This document shows, piece by piece, positions 36,306 through 49,239 of a stretch of DNA of 64,000 nt. The notes below the pieces were generated by a model. The model was not told where the DNA came from and did no database searches. It saw nothing but the letters and a program-made list of their open reading frames with translations. The stretch comes from Psammoneis japonica. Taxonomy: Eukaryota. Each line of letters opens with the position of its first letter. The stretch's first letter is position 1. The position numbers and the translations under genes were made by a program. The stretch is taken from positions 248,001 through 312,000 of the forward strand of contig QPGO01000074.1 in NCBI GenBank assembly GCA_008632985.1, written 5' to 3'.

Positions 36306-39300
36306 CATGGTGAAGAAGAGGAAGCAAGCTGGCATTGGCCATCAACACAAGTCAGGAACTGGCTGCAGCAAAAACAAAAAGCATCGTGGTGAAGGGTTGT
36401 CCTTTCCAAGACAACCTGTCCCCTCTCAAATCAATGCTGAGGGAGCAGCAGCCACTCCCTCCAACCTCATCACTGGCAATGATGCCATCACTCCCTCCAT
36501 TGTTGCTCCCACCAACCAAATTCCTGTCAACCTGGCCCCCTCCACAGAAGACCCCACTTGTTGTGAAAGGTTGTCCTTTCCAAGACAACCCGCCCCCTCC
36601 CAAGTCAATGCCAAAGGAGTGGCAGCCACTCCCTTTGACCTTGCCTCTGACAATGCCACAGTCACTCCCTCCGCTGCTTCTGCCAACCAAACTCCTGTGA
36701 ATCTGAGCCCCTCCACAGAATGCCCCACCTGCAATCATCCACACACCTTTGATGCAACCTGCAAAAATCTCCAGCAAGCACTTTGTTGTGCAGCAGTCAA
36801 AATCAGAGAAGCCACATTTTCTTGCACTGACACTCCAGAGCAACAAGTCTGCGCCTTCATGCACACATTGGAGTTTCCTGAGTTGGCTTTCCATGTTGAG
36901 GCTTGTGATTTGATGTTGCCAAAAACAAAGGCTGCCACCTTGCAAATGACCAAGCAGCCAGGCAAAATGTGGGAATGTGCCAATGACAAAAGCAATGGTC
37001 AATGCCACACTGATGACAAAAATCCTTTTGTCCATTTGGCAGCAACTGCAATCTCCAGCTCTCCAGAAAAATCTGCCAATGAGCCCAAGTTCAATTTCAG
37101 GAACTGCACCAATGCACTCAGCATCAACAAACAAGCTGTTTGTTGACAAATGAGGAAGAGAAAGACTTCCAGAGCATCCTTGATTGAGGACAAAGAAGCC
37201 ATCATGTGGTCTTCAGTGCAACCCCATCATCATCCTCACAAAGTTTCCCCCCAGATTGCAAAGCCTTTGTGCATTGGTCGTCAAATCATCCTGACATGGT
37301 GCAGTCTCTCAACTCAAGAGACACGATGATCCTGAAAACTCTGAGAATCATGCCAGCGCACCATTGACAAATTGGAGAATCTAATTTCCTGTCATCAAGA
37401 GGAAGCGTTTGGCTCCAATTCCAATCACCTTCATCCCAAAGCTTGAGGTGCAGCTTCTGCTGTCATTTGTGGCAATGCCAATGGTCAGGATCATCCTCAT
37501 TGGAAATGCATTCTGGCTGAATGCAAGGATTGCCCATCTTGTCCAGCTCCAATGTTGGAACAGAATGAAAGTCCCAGTGTGCCCAATGTCAAGTTTCAAA
37601 GGCATTTGACTGCAAAATGTTGTTCCAAGCATGGCATGTTTTTGAAAGCATGTCCTGTTTGTGAGGCAGACCCAGAGGGGAACAAGTGTGCAAAAGTCAA
37701 ACACAAGACATTGTTGACAAGGTTCTGCAAGCCAATCGGGGTCTTCACAAAAGAACATTGCACTCCAAGTTTAAGAAGCTTCATTGCCACCTTCCCCACA
37801 TGGCCATTCTGGGGGGGGGAAATCATTGCATGGACATGTGTTGCAAAGCATTTGAGTCACTGCCCAACAGCAATTTCACATCTCATGACTGCTCCAAGCA
37901 TCAGAAGGCAGAGTTCAACAAGCAAGTTCAGGGGGATCATCATGGCAACTCCCAATCACTGTCAATTGAAGGCAGAGTTTGTGATGTGATGATTGACAAT
38001 GAGGCTGAGAAAACCTGTCATGCATTTCTCTCTGATCTTTCTGAGCAAGATGCCACCACAACTCATGCTCACTTGAAAAAGTTTGTCACATGGTCTAAAA
38101 AAAATCGCAATCTGCGTCAGGCATGGCTTGTGATTTGGGATCACACAGGTGGTTGTGCCAAACAGCATCAACGTGCTTTGGCACTGTGCTTGTTGTTGGT
38201 TTTTGCCCACAAATGCAAAGTTGTGTTTGACCGTGCCATTGGAGCACCTGGACATGGCAAAGGAGAGGTTGGTGGAATTGGAGCCTGCATTGAATCACTC
38301 ATGTGTCAAGAAATGCAGCCCACAACTGTTGCAGGAGTCAATGATGAGAATGGGAAAATCAGAGCTGATGATTTGGTCATGGATGACAACAATGTTGTGG
38401 TGGCACACAGTTGTGCTTGGGAATGTTTGAAAATGCTCAAAAAGAAAAAGAGTGCTCTTGGTGCAGCTGGTGACAGGAAACATGCCAAGAGGGAATCCCT
38501 TCAAAAGTTGAAAGTGCGGGTGTGTCATCTGCAAGACCTGGATGAAGTCAATGGTCAGTTGACAAAAGTCAAGTTGCTGGGATTGGCACAACTCGGCATG
38601 CACCATTTGCATTGGCACCCGCGTGCCATTTTTGATTTGAACCCATGTTTCCCACTGGTTGGGTCACCATGCATTGCATTCCTTGCACTTGTGAAGGCTG
38701 CCTGGATCAGCTCAGATGACCTTGTGTGGACAATGTCAGTCCAGCCGAGCAGCCTCAACATGCAGGTGGCAACCGAGCTTGCAAACTTTGGCCCATCTTT
38801 GAGGGACTGAATGATTGGCAAGTTTGTCAGGTGATTCAAACAATTGAGAGTGACTTTTTGACTGACAGAATTGCAGAAGAAATTTTTGCAAACAGCCATG
38901 CCGCATTGTCTTGTGAATCTGATGAAGGCTTCTGTCTGCTGCAATGGGATGAACTGCCCCACAGAGCACAGGAAAATGTGGTGGGGGGTGAGTTTGATCC
39001 ACCCACAACTGTCAAAGCCGGTGAATGGATGTGCAAGGGAGTGCATCTGAGCACTGTTCCAAGGGCCAGAGGATGGTGCACTCCCAGAGACACTGGTGAT
39101 TGTCCAACCAGAGTGTTGCTCAAGCAAATTGTGGTTGCAAACACCAAGCTCAATGACCCATCAGCCTCTCTGCAACTTCCAAGGACGTGCAACAGGAGCT
39201 GGGCTTCACTTCTAAATCCATGTCATTTGACCGATGACAAGCACAAAGCCATTCTTGATGCAATCCACCAGCGCAATTCCCCAGATTGTTTTGAGGAGGA

Positions 39301-39364
39301 GAAGGAGGATGGCAAAACTGATGAGCCAGAGGAGTGCAATGACAATGAGGAGGAGGACAGGTGA
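36306..39364 (+). mobile_element. Degenerate DDE transposase, Sola-like
   Basis: DHTGGCAKQH and APGHGKGEVGG match the DGC..QY / GHGKG..DG signature; broken by stops and frameshifts; ~174-bp tandem duplication at 36390-36730. Confidence 0.6.
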
Positions 39365-42109
39365 TGAGTTTGAGGAACAAAATGGCAATGGACAAACAAA
39401 CAAACAATGTGATTGAAAATTTGCATCGTGCAGCTGGGTGGACCTTCCAACACATGCACACATTTCCTGAGTCACAACTTGCAAGCTTTCCTTTTGCCAA
39501 CCAACAGCTGCTTCACCACCTTCAGAAGTTCAAACTGGTGCACCGTGAGCACTTGTTTCTGGAGCTTGTTTGCCACATGTTTTGCCCTGTGTTCCTCATT
39601 TCCAAGACACCAACTCAAGCACTTGATGTCACTTGCTGGCAATGCAAAATGACAACTGGGCAGAGTCAAAGATCCACCCACAATGCAAGGCAATGCTGCA
39701 GCCATCACCCCTGCTCCCAAGGAAATTGTTCAATCCAAACTTCAGCAAAACTTCATCTTTGAATTTGTGGATGGGAACTTCCCCTTCAAACAGCTGCTCA
39801 GCATGTTCCTTGAAAATGACACAGGATTGTTGTCAGCTTTGTTTTGGTTGGCAGATGTTTCAATGTGAGATGCAATGCAATCTCTCATTTCCAGGTTGCC
39901 AGCACGGTGAAGAACACTGGCCAGGGACAAAAACATGTGAATGTCTTTGTTTCCTTGCAAGAATTTCACAGGGGGGGGGGCTGCTCATTGGCAAGTTCAT
40001 CTCTGTTGATGACAACATGTTGCCTTCCAGAAAAGTGCAACAACCTTGTTCTGGCTTCAGATCTTTCAAATCTTTTCCAAACATTTGGAGGAAACCACAT
40101 CTTGAAGTTGCACTCAGCCCAATCCAGGGGGCAATGCATTGCGTGGTTGCCCTGCAGTGTGCAACCAACAAAATCAGCCCCCCGTGCAAAACATGGAAGA
40201 TTCTTGATCTCATCCTGACTCAACCTCTCAAGTTTTGCAATTTGTGGTGGACTGCAAATTGCACTCACCTTGCAATCAATCTCTTTCTTGCATTTTGATT
40301 TAAATTGTGGGCAATGTTGGGTTTGTGTTTGATGCATCCAATGAGGTCCACACACGTGGGCATGGCACAGCTGCTGGGTTCATTGGCTGTGTCAGTGAGC
40401 CAGTCTTCATGCAACATGACACCTTGGTTTGCTTCAGCAAAACCACCAAACAAGTGAGGGACATGTCCTTCCAAATTGCCTGGCCATGGTTTCCTCTTGC
40501 TCCAGGTGCTTGGATCAATCCAAATCAATTTTGTGACCTTCAACATCACTTGAGCATCTTCATGTGCTTGCTCCAGATTCTCCCTTTCTCTTTGGTGGAG
40601 CAAAGTGTGTGGCAACCTTGAGAGCTGGCACACCTGGTGAGCACTTTGAGTGGTGCATCGGTGGGAAGGTTGACAATGCAGGAATTGTCCTCCATGTCAT
40701 TGTCCAATTCTGCAGGATCCCTGTCACAACACTCATTGTGACAAACATGTTTGCCATTCTGGCCCACATCAGACTTCTTCAACTTGTTGTGGTTGACACC
40801 AGAGCAACACAGCTTTGTGCCCACCTTTTGCCTCCATGAGAAACTTCTGATTTAAGAGACCAACAGTTGTGTGTTTGACACCACAGTCCTTGAGCAGGCA
40901 AAACAGGACACCTTGTCTCACAACAAACTTGACATGCAGTCCTCTCTCAATGCCAACATTTCAAATTTTTTCCTGTCTTCCAACAAGGAGTCAATTTTCA
41001 AGTGACTTTTGCTCACAATCTTGCCAAATGGCAGCAACGCAGCATTTTTTAGATTTTGTTTTGACTCTTCAGGGTTGCACTTCTCCAAAATTTTAATGCA
41101 GACCTTGTTCTCCTCACACACTTCTTGCTTGGCAATGCCAAAATGTGCAATGCAGCAACAAGGCTGTCACTTGCATCAAGTGGTTCTGCCCAAAAAGCGC
41201 TGTCATCACTGAGCTCACATGTGAGGTTGCCACACTCTGGAAGAATGAGACAATGCCTGAACAATTGAAGAGCATGTTGGGGCAATCAGCTCCTTTGCAT
41301 GCAGTGCAACAGTGTTGCCTCCATTGTTTTTCATGAGATGACACCAACCCCAGTGCTTGCAGACATCCTCAAAGTTTGTGCGCTCATCGACGGTGTCTGT
41401 GATGTCCTCAAAACCCAACACACCAATGCAATGAGGCGCAAGTGTCCTCTGACAAAATGAAGATGTGCCTCACTTTTCTTGCAACAGCCAAACAAAACAG
41501 CTTGAACATGTCCAATCAAAGAAGGACAAAAACCACAATTTGATGGTGTGATCAACTGTTGCTCTTTGCCAGTCCCATGTGTCCAAATCTTCAAGTCTTT
41601 CACATGGATGCAATCAACAAGCACACCAATTCCATTCTTGACATGGCACAACAAAACAGCAGCAATGTGTTCCTTCTCCTTTGCGGCCTCCCTGATTGAT
41701 GTTCCTGGTGGCTTCACAACCAAAATCAACATGTGCTTGTGCTTCTCACCAACACATTGTCTGACTTGGGATCAATTCTCAGGGTGAAACTTTTCAACAA
41801 ACCAACCAGCAACAACGGTTTGGAACAGAGTTCATGATTTGCTGCTTTTGAATGAGGTGAAAGAGAGGGCCAGTCTTCTTGGTTTTAGGATCTTCCATGG
41901 CACAGCAGCCCAACTCTGCAAGAGCTTCTGGGTGCATGTGGGGATCAACTGCAGCTTGGAGAGGTTGGTGGTGCCAAGTTTTGGAGCCCAGCTTCTTGCA
42001 ATGTTTGTTCATTGAATCAACAAACATCAGGACAAAAGGGGGCAGCTTCAAATGGTGGGAAGAAACGTTTGCATGAAGGGCACTGCCACCAACAGAAGAA
42101 TCTGCCAGT

Positions 42110-42440
42110 CCCAGTGCAATTGTGCTGATTGTGCACTTCTGTTTGCATGACAAATGTGCTCCAGAGAGGGGGGCAATGTCAGTCACCACAGATGTGATGC
42201 AGATGAACAGAGGCAGCCTCTGAGGCAGTTCCAGATGCTTGACAGCACCAAGCAGCAAGCGTCACAGTGAACAATCCAAAACAGCATGCAGCAGCCGGCA
42301 CACTGATCAATGCACTTCTGTTTGTGTGACAAATGCACTCCAGAGCAGGGGCCAACATCAGTTGCACAAAAGTGACATGGACAAAGAGAGGCAGCCTCTG
42401 AGGCAGCTCCAGATGCTTGACAGCACCAAACAGCAAGCAC
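42110..42440. repeat. Imperfect tandem duplication, period ~178 bp
   Basis: gaggcagcctctgaggcag.tccagatgcttgacagcaccaa.cagcaagc at ~42210 and ~42388. Confidence 0.8.
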
Positions 42441-43473
42441 CACAGCAAGCAAACCAAAACAAGTCTGAGATGGTGGCAACTGCCATTTGGAAACGGTTGA
42501 GGCAAATGCACAAGTTTGGTGGAAATTTGGAGAAAAGGAGTGCAAAGCAACCAAAAAATGAGGTGTGCAAAGAAACTTGAAAAAAGCACATGTGTGGTGT
42601 CTCAAGTGAACCACAACATGCAAAATTGACAGCGACCAATTCCAAATGACAAGATGCAAGGAAATGGTGTTGTTCACAATGACAAAGACTGCACAGAGCC
42701 ACAGCTGCATTGTGACAACAATGGCATGATTTTCAAAGGCAAGGAACAGACAGTTCCATGCAACCACAAGTGCAAACAGGGGGTTGCAGAGCAGTGACAG
42801 TGGTGTGCTGTGTCATGGCTGACTCTGTGCACAGGGCAGTTTTGCACGTGGACCACATGTGTGCATGGAAGTCAGCATTGATCAACGCATTGCCAGAAAA
42901 ACATTGAATGCCAACTGACACCATTCTTCTTGTGATGAGTTAAATGCTTTGGTTGCTGGAGACATGTGCTCCTTGTCACAAATGCAGCATGTCATCAAAA
43001 CACAACACACTCACAAAAGGCTGAAAAGTGTGAGCTCAGCCAGGTGGAGACAAAATTGTCTGGTGCTGAAAGCTGCACAGAAATTTGCACTTGATGGGTT
43101 GTGCATCACCTGGAGCTGGAACAGGCCAAGTGCCAGTACATGAAAGCCATGGTGTTCATAAGATGGTCAAGAACCACGGGCACTGCAGGCAAAGTCATGC
43201 ATTTTGGCTGCAGTGACAAGAGTCTCAAACAACCTCCACAAAGCAAGGTGTGGAGGACAGAGGAAAGAGCTTTGGGTGGCTGTGAAAAGCTGAAGCATGA
43301 CCTCAATTTCCACAAGAGGCAAATGCTGAATTCCAAAAATGACAAGCTGCACATGCTGGAGGAGCTGGGTTGTTGGCATCATGGCCATGCATGTGACGCA
43401 ATGAGCAGAAATGGCAATCTTTGTGCTGAAGTTCCTTGTCAAGGGTCAGTGTGCCATGGCACCAAAAATGGCA

Positions 43474-43474
43474 A

Positions 43475-43541
<67 letters not shown>
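43474..43541 (+). repeat. (GAAA)16 microsatellite
   Basis: Perfect tetranucleotide run. Confidence 0.97.
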
Positions 43542-43735
43542 TTGCTCCTGTCAATCTCAGCAACCCCCCAAATTGCTCTCTTTCCATCCCAGAGACCCAA
43601 AAAGATGAAACAAACACTGCCACAAGCAACCAAACCCCGCTGAAAAATCATGGCATCATGCAAATCATTGCCCCAGAAAATGAACCTGGAAATAAACCTG
43701 GGCTGCCAAAGCTGCAAGTGGAGGACCTCATCCTG

Positions 43736-44063
43736 ATGCGCTCCAGCTCTGCTTGGGTGGGGCCTTGCACTGCACTGCTGAACTGTGACATCAAGAGTTT
43801 TTTGGATTGTGCCGCATGTCGCACATGCAGAAGGCTGCATGTGTGAGAATGAAAATGGGTTGGGTGTGTTCTTTTTAATGTCTGAAGAATGTGCCCAGAC
43901 AAACTGTTAATTGCGCACTTCAAGATTGAAGGAGGAGACATGGTGCGTTCATAAAATTGCCTCTTTTTCTGTTGGCGATCATTTCACAAATTGCTGCGGA
44001 GCTCGCACGTGGAATTCTCCAGGCCCAATGTCACACGGAGTCCCACCCAGGACTGGAACCCAC
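43736..44063 (+). mobile_element. MITE, copy 2 of 3 (divergent interior)
   Basis: Ends ATGCGCTCCAG / CTGGAACCCAC; flanks ATCCTG/CTCCTG; shares gcactgctgaactgtgacatc and gcggagctcgcacgt.gaattct..ggcccaatgtcacacggagtcccacc with 63096-63482. Confidence 0.8.
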
Positions 44064-47000
44064 CTCCTGCCACCCTGCCAGACAGGTGCACAATGCCAGT
44101 CAGCTTCAGCTGCAGAAAAGAACAAAACCCAACACAAGCCACCAAACCATGGAAGTTGGCCCAACAACACAATGCCAGCTGCAACCCACACACAACCCCA
44201 AATCCTCTCAAACTCCCCAGTCAAAACACACCCGGCACCACCAAAACACAGCTCTGCCACCACACCAAATGAACACACCATGCCACCCAACTTGATCCAA
44301 ACCTTCCTTGATCCAAACCTTCCTTCCTGCACTCCAACAAAAAGACAGACATGGATCTCATGCAACAGCAGAAGTGGCAGCACCAAGATTGCTGTGTTCT
44401 CAGCTCAACTCAACACAGATGTCACATTTGTTGAAGACAACAACTCCTGCACAGAGCCAATCTGCTCCACTCAACTGCACTTGCCAGCACACCCAGGACC
44501 CTCCCACCTCATCTCCAGAGCAACAGTGCATTGACCCCAAACTCAGCTTCCTCTTGAATGCAGCCCACACTGACCACTTGGAGTCACAACCAAAAATCCC
44601 ACTTTGCAATGATCCAAGCTAGAAGGGCACTGGGCACATTGTCGCACAACAACATGTCCATGGCATTGCAGACCCAAAACAATGGGGGGACCTCACCAAG
44701 GCTCTTGGGTGGATGCACCATGCCCAACATGCTCAGCAGATGATGGTTCATTGCTGTTTGGTGTGGTTGGCACATGTTTTGAGACTCTGTGGAGTTGCCC
44801 ATTGGGACTTTGTGATGCCTGGATTTGTTTGTTTGACATTTCTGCTCATGTTTGCTGGCAAAAATGCCATCAATTGCTTGTTGTCTGGCATCTCTCTTTT
44901 TCTGTGTGATCTGTCTGGTCTCCTCTCCAGCTGACACTTCACAGATCAGGGGAGGGTGTCAGCTTGCCACACATGGGTTGCAGTCAAGCTGTTTTGGGGA
45001 AGGTTGATGACCAGACCATTCACCAGATGGCAGAGACAATCTCCATCTGACATCCTCTCATTCTCTTTTGCCAGCACACGTGTTGCACTTGCTGCCCTGG
45101 TTTTCAGGGGGTCTTTCACTCCAGTTGCCTCTTTCCTTTTGGTGCCCTGACAACAACAGCAAAAGAGCAATTCAATGCAAGAGCATTGCAAAAAAATCTA
45201 AGAACTTCATCACAAAAAAGGGGATTCCAGCAATGTGGCAGTCAAGCTGTGCCAAATTTCCAAGGCATGTGCAGCTGCAACAAAAAATGCACAATGCAGA
45301 GCAAATGTTTGATGGAGATTGGACCAAAAACAAGGCCCTGGAAATCACAGAGGCACAACAGTTTGGTCCTCCAAACATCTCACCACCAACTCCTGTTGAG
45401 ATGATGGACCATCAACCTTTGATGCCACCATGCTGCTCAATCATTGGATTGCACACTCCATGTTGAGTGTTGGACATGGAGGAGGATGCATGGCAAATGC
45501 TCTTGGAAAAGTTGATTTCCAGAAACCATTTTCATGAAACAAATGACTGTTGCTTGGTGGAGAGGAGGATTTGCAATGACAAGACATGGTGTGGTGGGCA
45601 AGTCAATGGCAACCATCATGGACAAGATGGTTGAGGAGGACTTGATTGCAAGTGTTGGGGCATGTGATGACCCCTGGACACACGGCATTTTTTGTTGTGT
45701 TTCTGGACAAACCTGTTTGCACAAGACTCCTTTTGTGCAGATTAAATGTCTGTGAGACATTGACCGCACATTGCAGAAAATTTGCGACAGATGCATGTGC
45801 TCAATGAATGCATTGTGAGCACCACAAAATTCAATGCACATTCAACAAATGCTCACATGCAGTGTTTCAGCAATGCAATTTCATCATTTTGTTGATTCTC
45901 CTTCTGTTTGTTTTGTCATTGATGCATTTTGTCTCCACAACAAAAGGAGACAGAGACAAAACAGATGGAGACAATGGAGACAAAATCCATGCACTGCCAG
46001 TGAAATCAAGACCAAGAGCACAAAGAGCACATTGGCTTCCCAAACCTTGCAAAACAAGAAGCAGAGAGAAGTGACAAGTGCAAACAGCTTCAACACACAG
46101 CAGTGGTTTCAATCTGCAGCTTGGTGGGTGCCATTGCATGTCTGTCCATCCCATCCTGCCACACTGGCACCTGTTGGTTTTGTCTCCATCTGTCTCCATC
46201 AGAGACAAGATTTTCCCATTGTTGTTTGTCTCACAACATGATTTTGTCTCTGCTGTGCTGTTTGTCTCACAACAAGATGCTTCTGCAGAGACAAGTTGCC
46301 AAGCAAAAACTTGCTTGCCAAATGAAGTGATGCACATGTTGATGGGTGACATTGATGTCAACCTTCACAAACAAACACATTTGTTTGTTTGTCCTCAACA
46401 GTCATTTTGCTGAAAAAATTTCACCCAAATGGGTCATTGCAGACAAACATGCAGGACTGTGGGGATGGCTTTGTTGGAAAGCGAGACAAGTTGTTGCCAT
46501 GTGTCCCAGGTGATGACAAGGAAGATGAGCATGTGTGAGAGAATGACCAAACTTGTCAACAAAAGCAATCTTTTGGCTCTCAGAGTCATTTTGGCCAGTT
46601 GTCACCAACGTGGACCAACAGAAGTTTTCACTCAACACTTTCTTGTCTTGCAACACCTGCAATGCAAAATTTCTGGGCACATTTCCAAATGACATCCTTG
46701 CAATCCGCAGCACACTGCAAAGCAATGGTGCTGCATTGTTTTGCATCATGGGAGGATGCTGAGCCAAATCCCAGTCACCCTTGCAACAGGATCAACTGGT
46801 TGAGGGCTGGCATGTCAACAGGTGAATTTGTTTTTGTGGGCTGCAGCACCACAGCACTTGATGACAAAGTCAATGATGTCAATCACATCTGGACCAGAGC
46901 AGTTGACACTGCAGTGAATGGGATGACAAGAGTCAATCTTTGCCCCACTTTGACCAATGCCATCCAAAGCAGACTGCAAAGTTTTTGATTGACAGTGTCT

Positions 47001-49239
47001 CATGAGCGACACACACCTGAAGCTCGCAAATCAGACTTGAGCTTTTGGGTGGCAAAATGCAAGATCATGGATTTGTCTTTTGCACTCCACACCAACCAAG
47101 TCAGGCAGGAGGAGGAGCATTTGGTGCAAGGGATCAAAAGAGCCCAGATTTTTAGATGCAGGCTCAAGGGACCAGAGCATTCTGAAATTGCTTGTGTCAG
47201 AGGTGAGCTTTTCAAATCCTTTCCATGTGAGCTTGTGTCATGTTCAACATTGGTTGTTGATCCGCTCACCTCACATTTGGTGTTTGATGGTGTCTTGGAT
47301 GTTGCCAAGGCACTTGTCTGAATCCTCAACTGTGGGCAAGAGTGTGCAGGACAAACCTGTCAAGACAGGCAGTGCACTTGAATTTCCAACATGGTGCTTG
47401 AGTTGATCTGACATGCCACTGATGCAACAAACCCCAGGGATGTGGTGTGAAGAAATTCGATGTGAGAAGAAGGAGCTGCATGGCCTTGATGTCAAAAAGT
47501 TGTGCAGTGACTGCCAGTTTGATGTTTTGCATTGTGAAACAGAGGACCAGCTGGCAACCCTGTCTGAACTGTTGGGTGAGTCCACTGTGGGTGGGTTGCC
47601 AGCAAAACACCAACTCAAAGTCAGCGCCACCACCCACCTTGAGCTGAGTGACTGTGCCAACCACATTGCTGGCTCTGAAGAAGAGGAAAATGAGTTAAAA
47701 AAGAATGACCCACCATGGTGGCATTGAAATTCTCCACAATTGCCAGGGGACAGTGGCGGAGGCATGATGCTCCCTGTTCATCCTTGTCCAGTTGGCTGGG
47801 ACAGCTGATTTCCCCAACATGTGATTGCAAAAGCTTGTGCACCACCAGAATCCATTTGGAGCCAACAACAGTGATGTGGGCCACAATTTGGAACAGCAGA
47901 ATCAGGGTGAAACCCTCTTGCAACCCGGCATCAAGTTTGATCATGTGGGCAACACATGTGCTGTTGAGTTGGTGAAAATGCTGATGTGGGAGCAGCATGT
48001 GCATGGCTTTCCAACAGTGTCGGCACACCTTCGCAGTCATTTGACATGCCAAGGGCATGTGCGGCAGTGAAAACTGAGTGCAACTTGAACCAGTGGTGGT
48101 GGCGTGCATTCCAGCAGCACCAGCAGCATCAGCAGTGTGACACATGACTCAAGCTGACAGTGGCACACATTCCGTCTGCACTGGCAGCATCAGTGGCACG
48201 ACATTTTTTAACTGGCAGTGGCAACATCAGCAGTGTGATGCACACTGCTGATGTCACATCAGAGACCCATGGAAGGGGCCATGAGTCACACGTCATCAAA
48301 CCCCACCATCCCATGGTGGGTGTGTGCACGCAAATGTTCGTTGACCCCCCTCCAGATTGAAAATTGCCCTCACTTGTTGGGAGTGCAACACAGTTGTTTA
48401 TTTTCACCATCCCAATTGGTGCACTTTGCAATTGTTGCTCCCAGATGCACATGATTTAATGTGCATTTGTTGACTTGAATGACAACATGCCCAGTGACAT
48501 GTTCACATGTTTCCCTGACACATGAACAAATGCATTTTGCTCTAACTGGAAAGTGTCCATGTTCACACTGCACATGGCATTTTTGCTGAAAGCACTCCAT
48601 TTCCATCTTCACATCAATTTTCAATTGTTTTGCAAAATTTCCACCTTTTTCTGTTTTCCCTCCAAAAGCCATCCTGACCATTCAATCACAATGTTCCGTT
48701 CGCACCACTCATCCAACCAACTGCGTGCAGCGCATTTGTCCGTTCTGCTTGTGATCTGTGGACCCAATCCCCTGTGTTTTCAGTGAATCACTGCAGAACC
48801 GTGAAAACAATGTGACAGGCAGTCCACAGGATTTACGTGCACTGGTTTTGCCACAATTGCCCATGGCGGTTTGGCTCTTCTGCTTGGTTGGTCATGCCCA
48901 TCGTCGAAGTCACGCCCGAGCAAAAGCAGCGTGTCTGTTCTTGCCCTGAATCATTTGATGATCATTCTCCCGTGCGTGCAATGAATTGAAGAGGTGGGAT
49001 GAAGCCAATCAAAAACAGTGGCTGTCTTTGTACAATCTGACGGTGGGCATGGATAAAATGCAGAGAGAGACATGGAGGGTGATTGGGGCCATGAACAAAG
49101 AAGCCAAGGCCAGAGAAAAGGTCTTGCAGCTGGCACTAGAAACCAAGCACTGTTGGCCACCAGGGATCATTTCATGGACCAAAACGAATGAAGAGATGAT
49201 GCAAGTCAACACTTTGCACCAATTGCAAGAAAGCAATTC

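Noticed and set aside
43411..43643. KERK-repeat proteins
   Set aside because: Translations of the (GAAA)n microsatellite.
40260..48150. Degenerate coding remnants (minus strand ~40.3-42.1 kb, GNAT-like guess; plus strand ~45.2-48.1 kb)
   Set aside because: Look like decayed ORFs, but I could not recognise any family motif with confidence.
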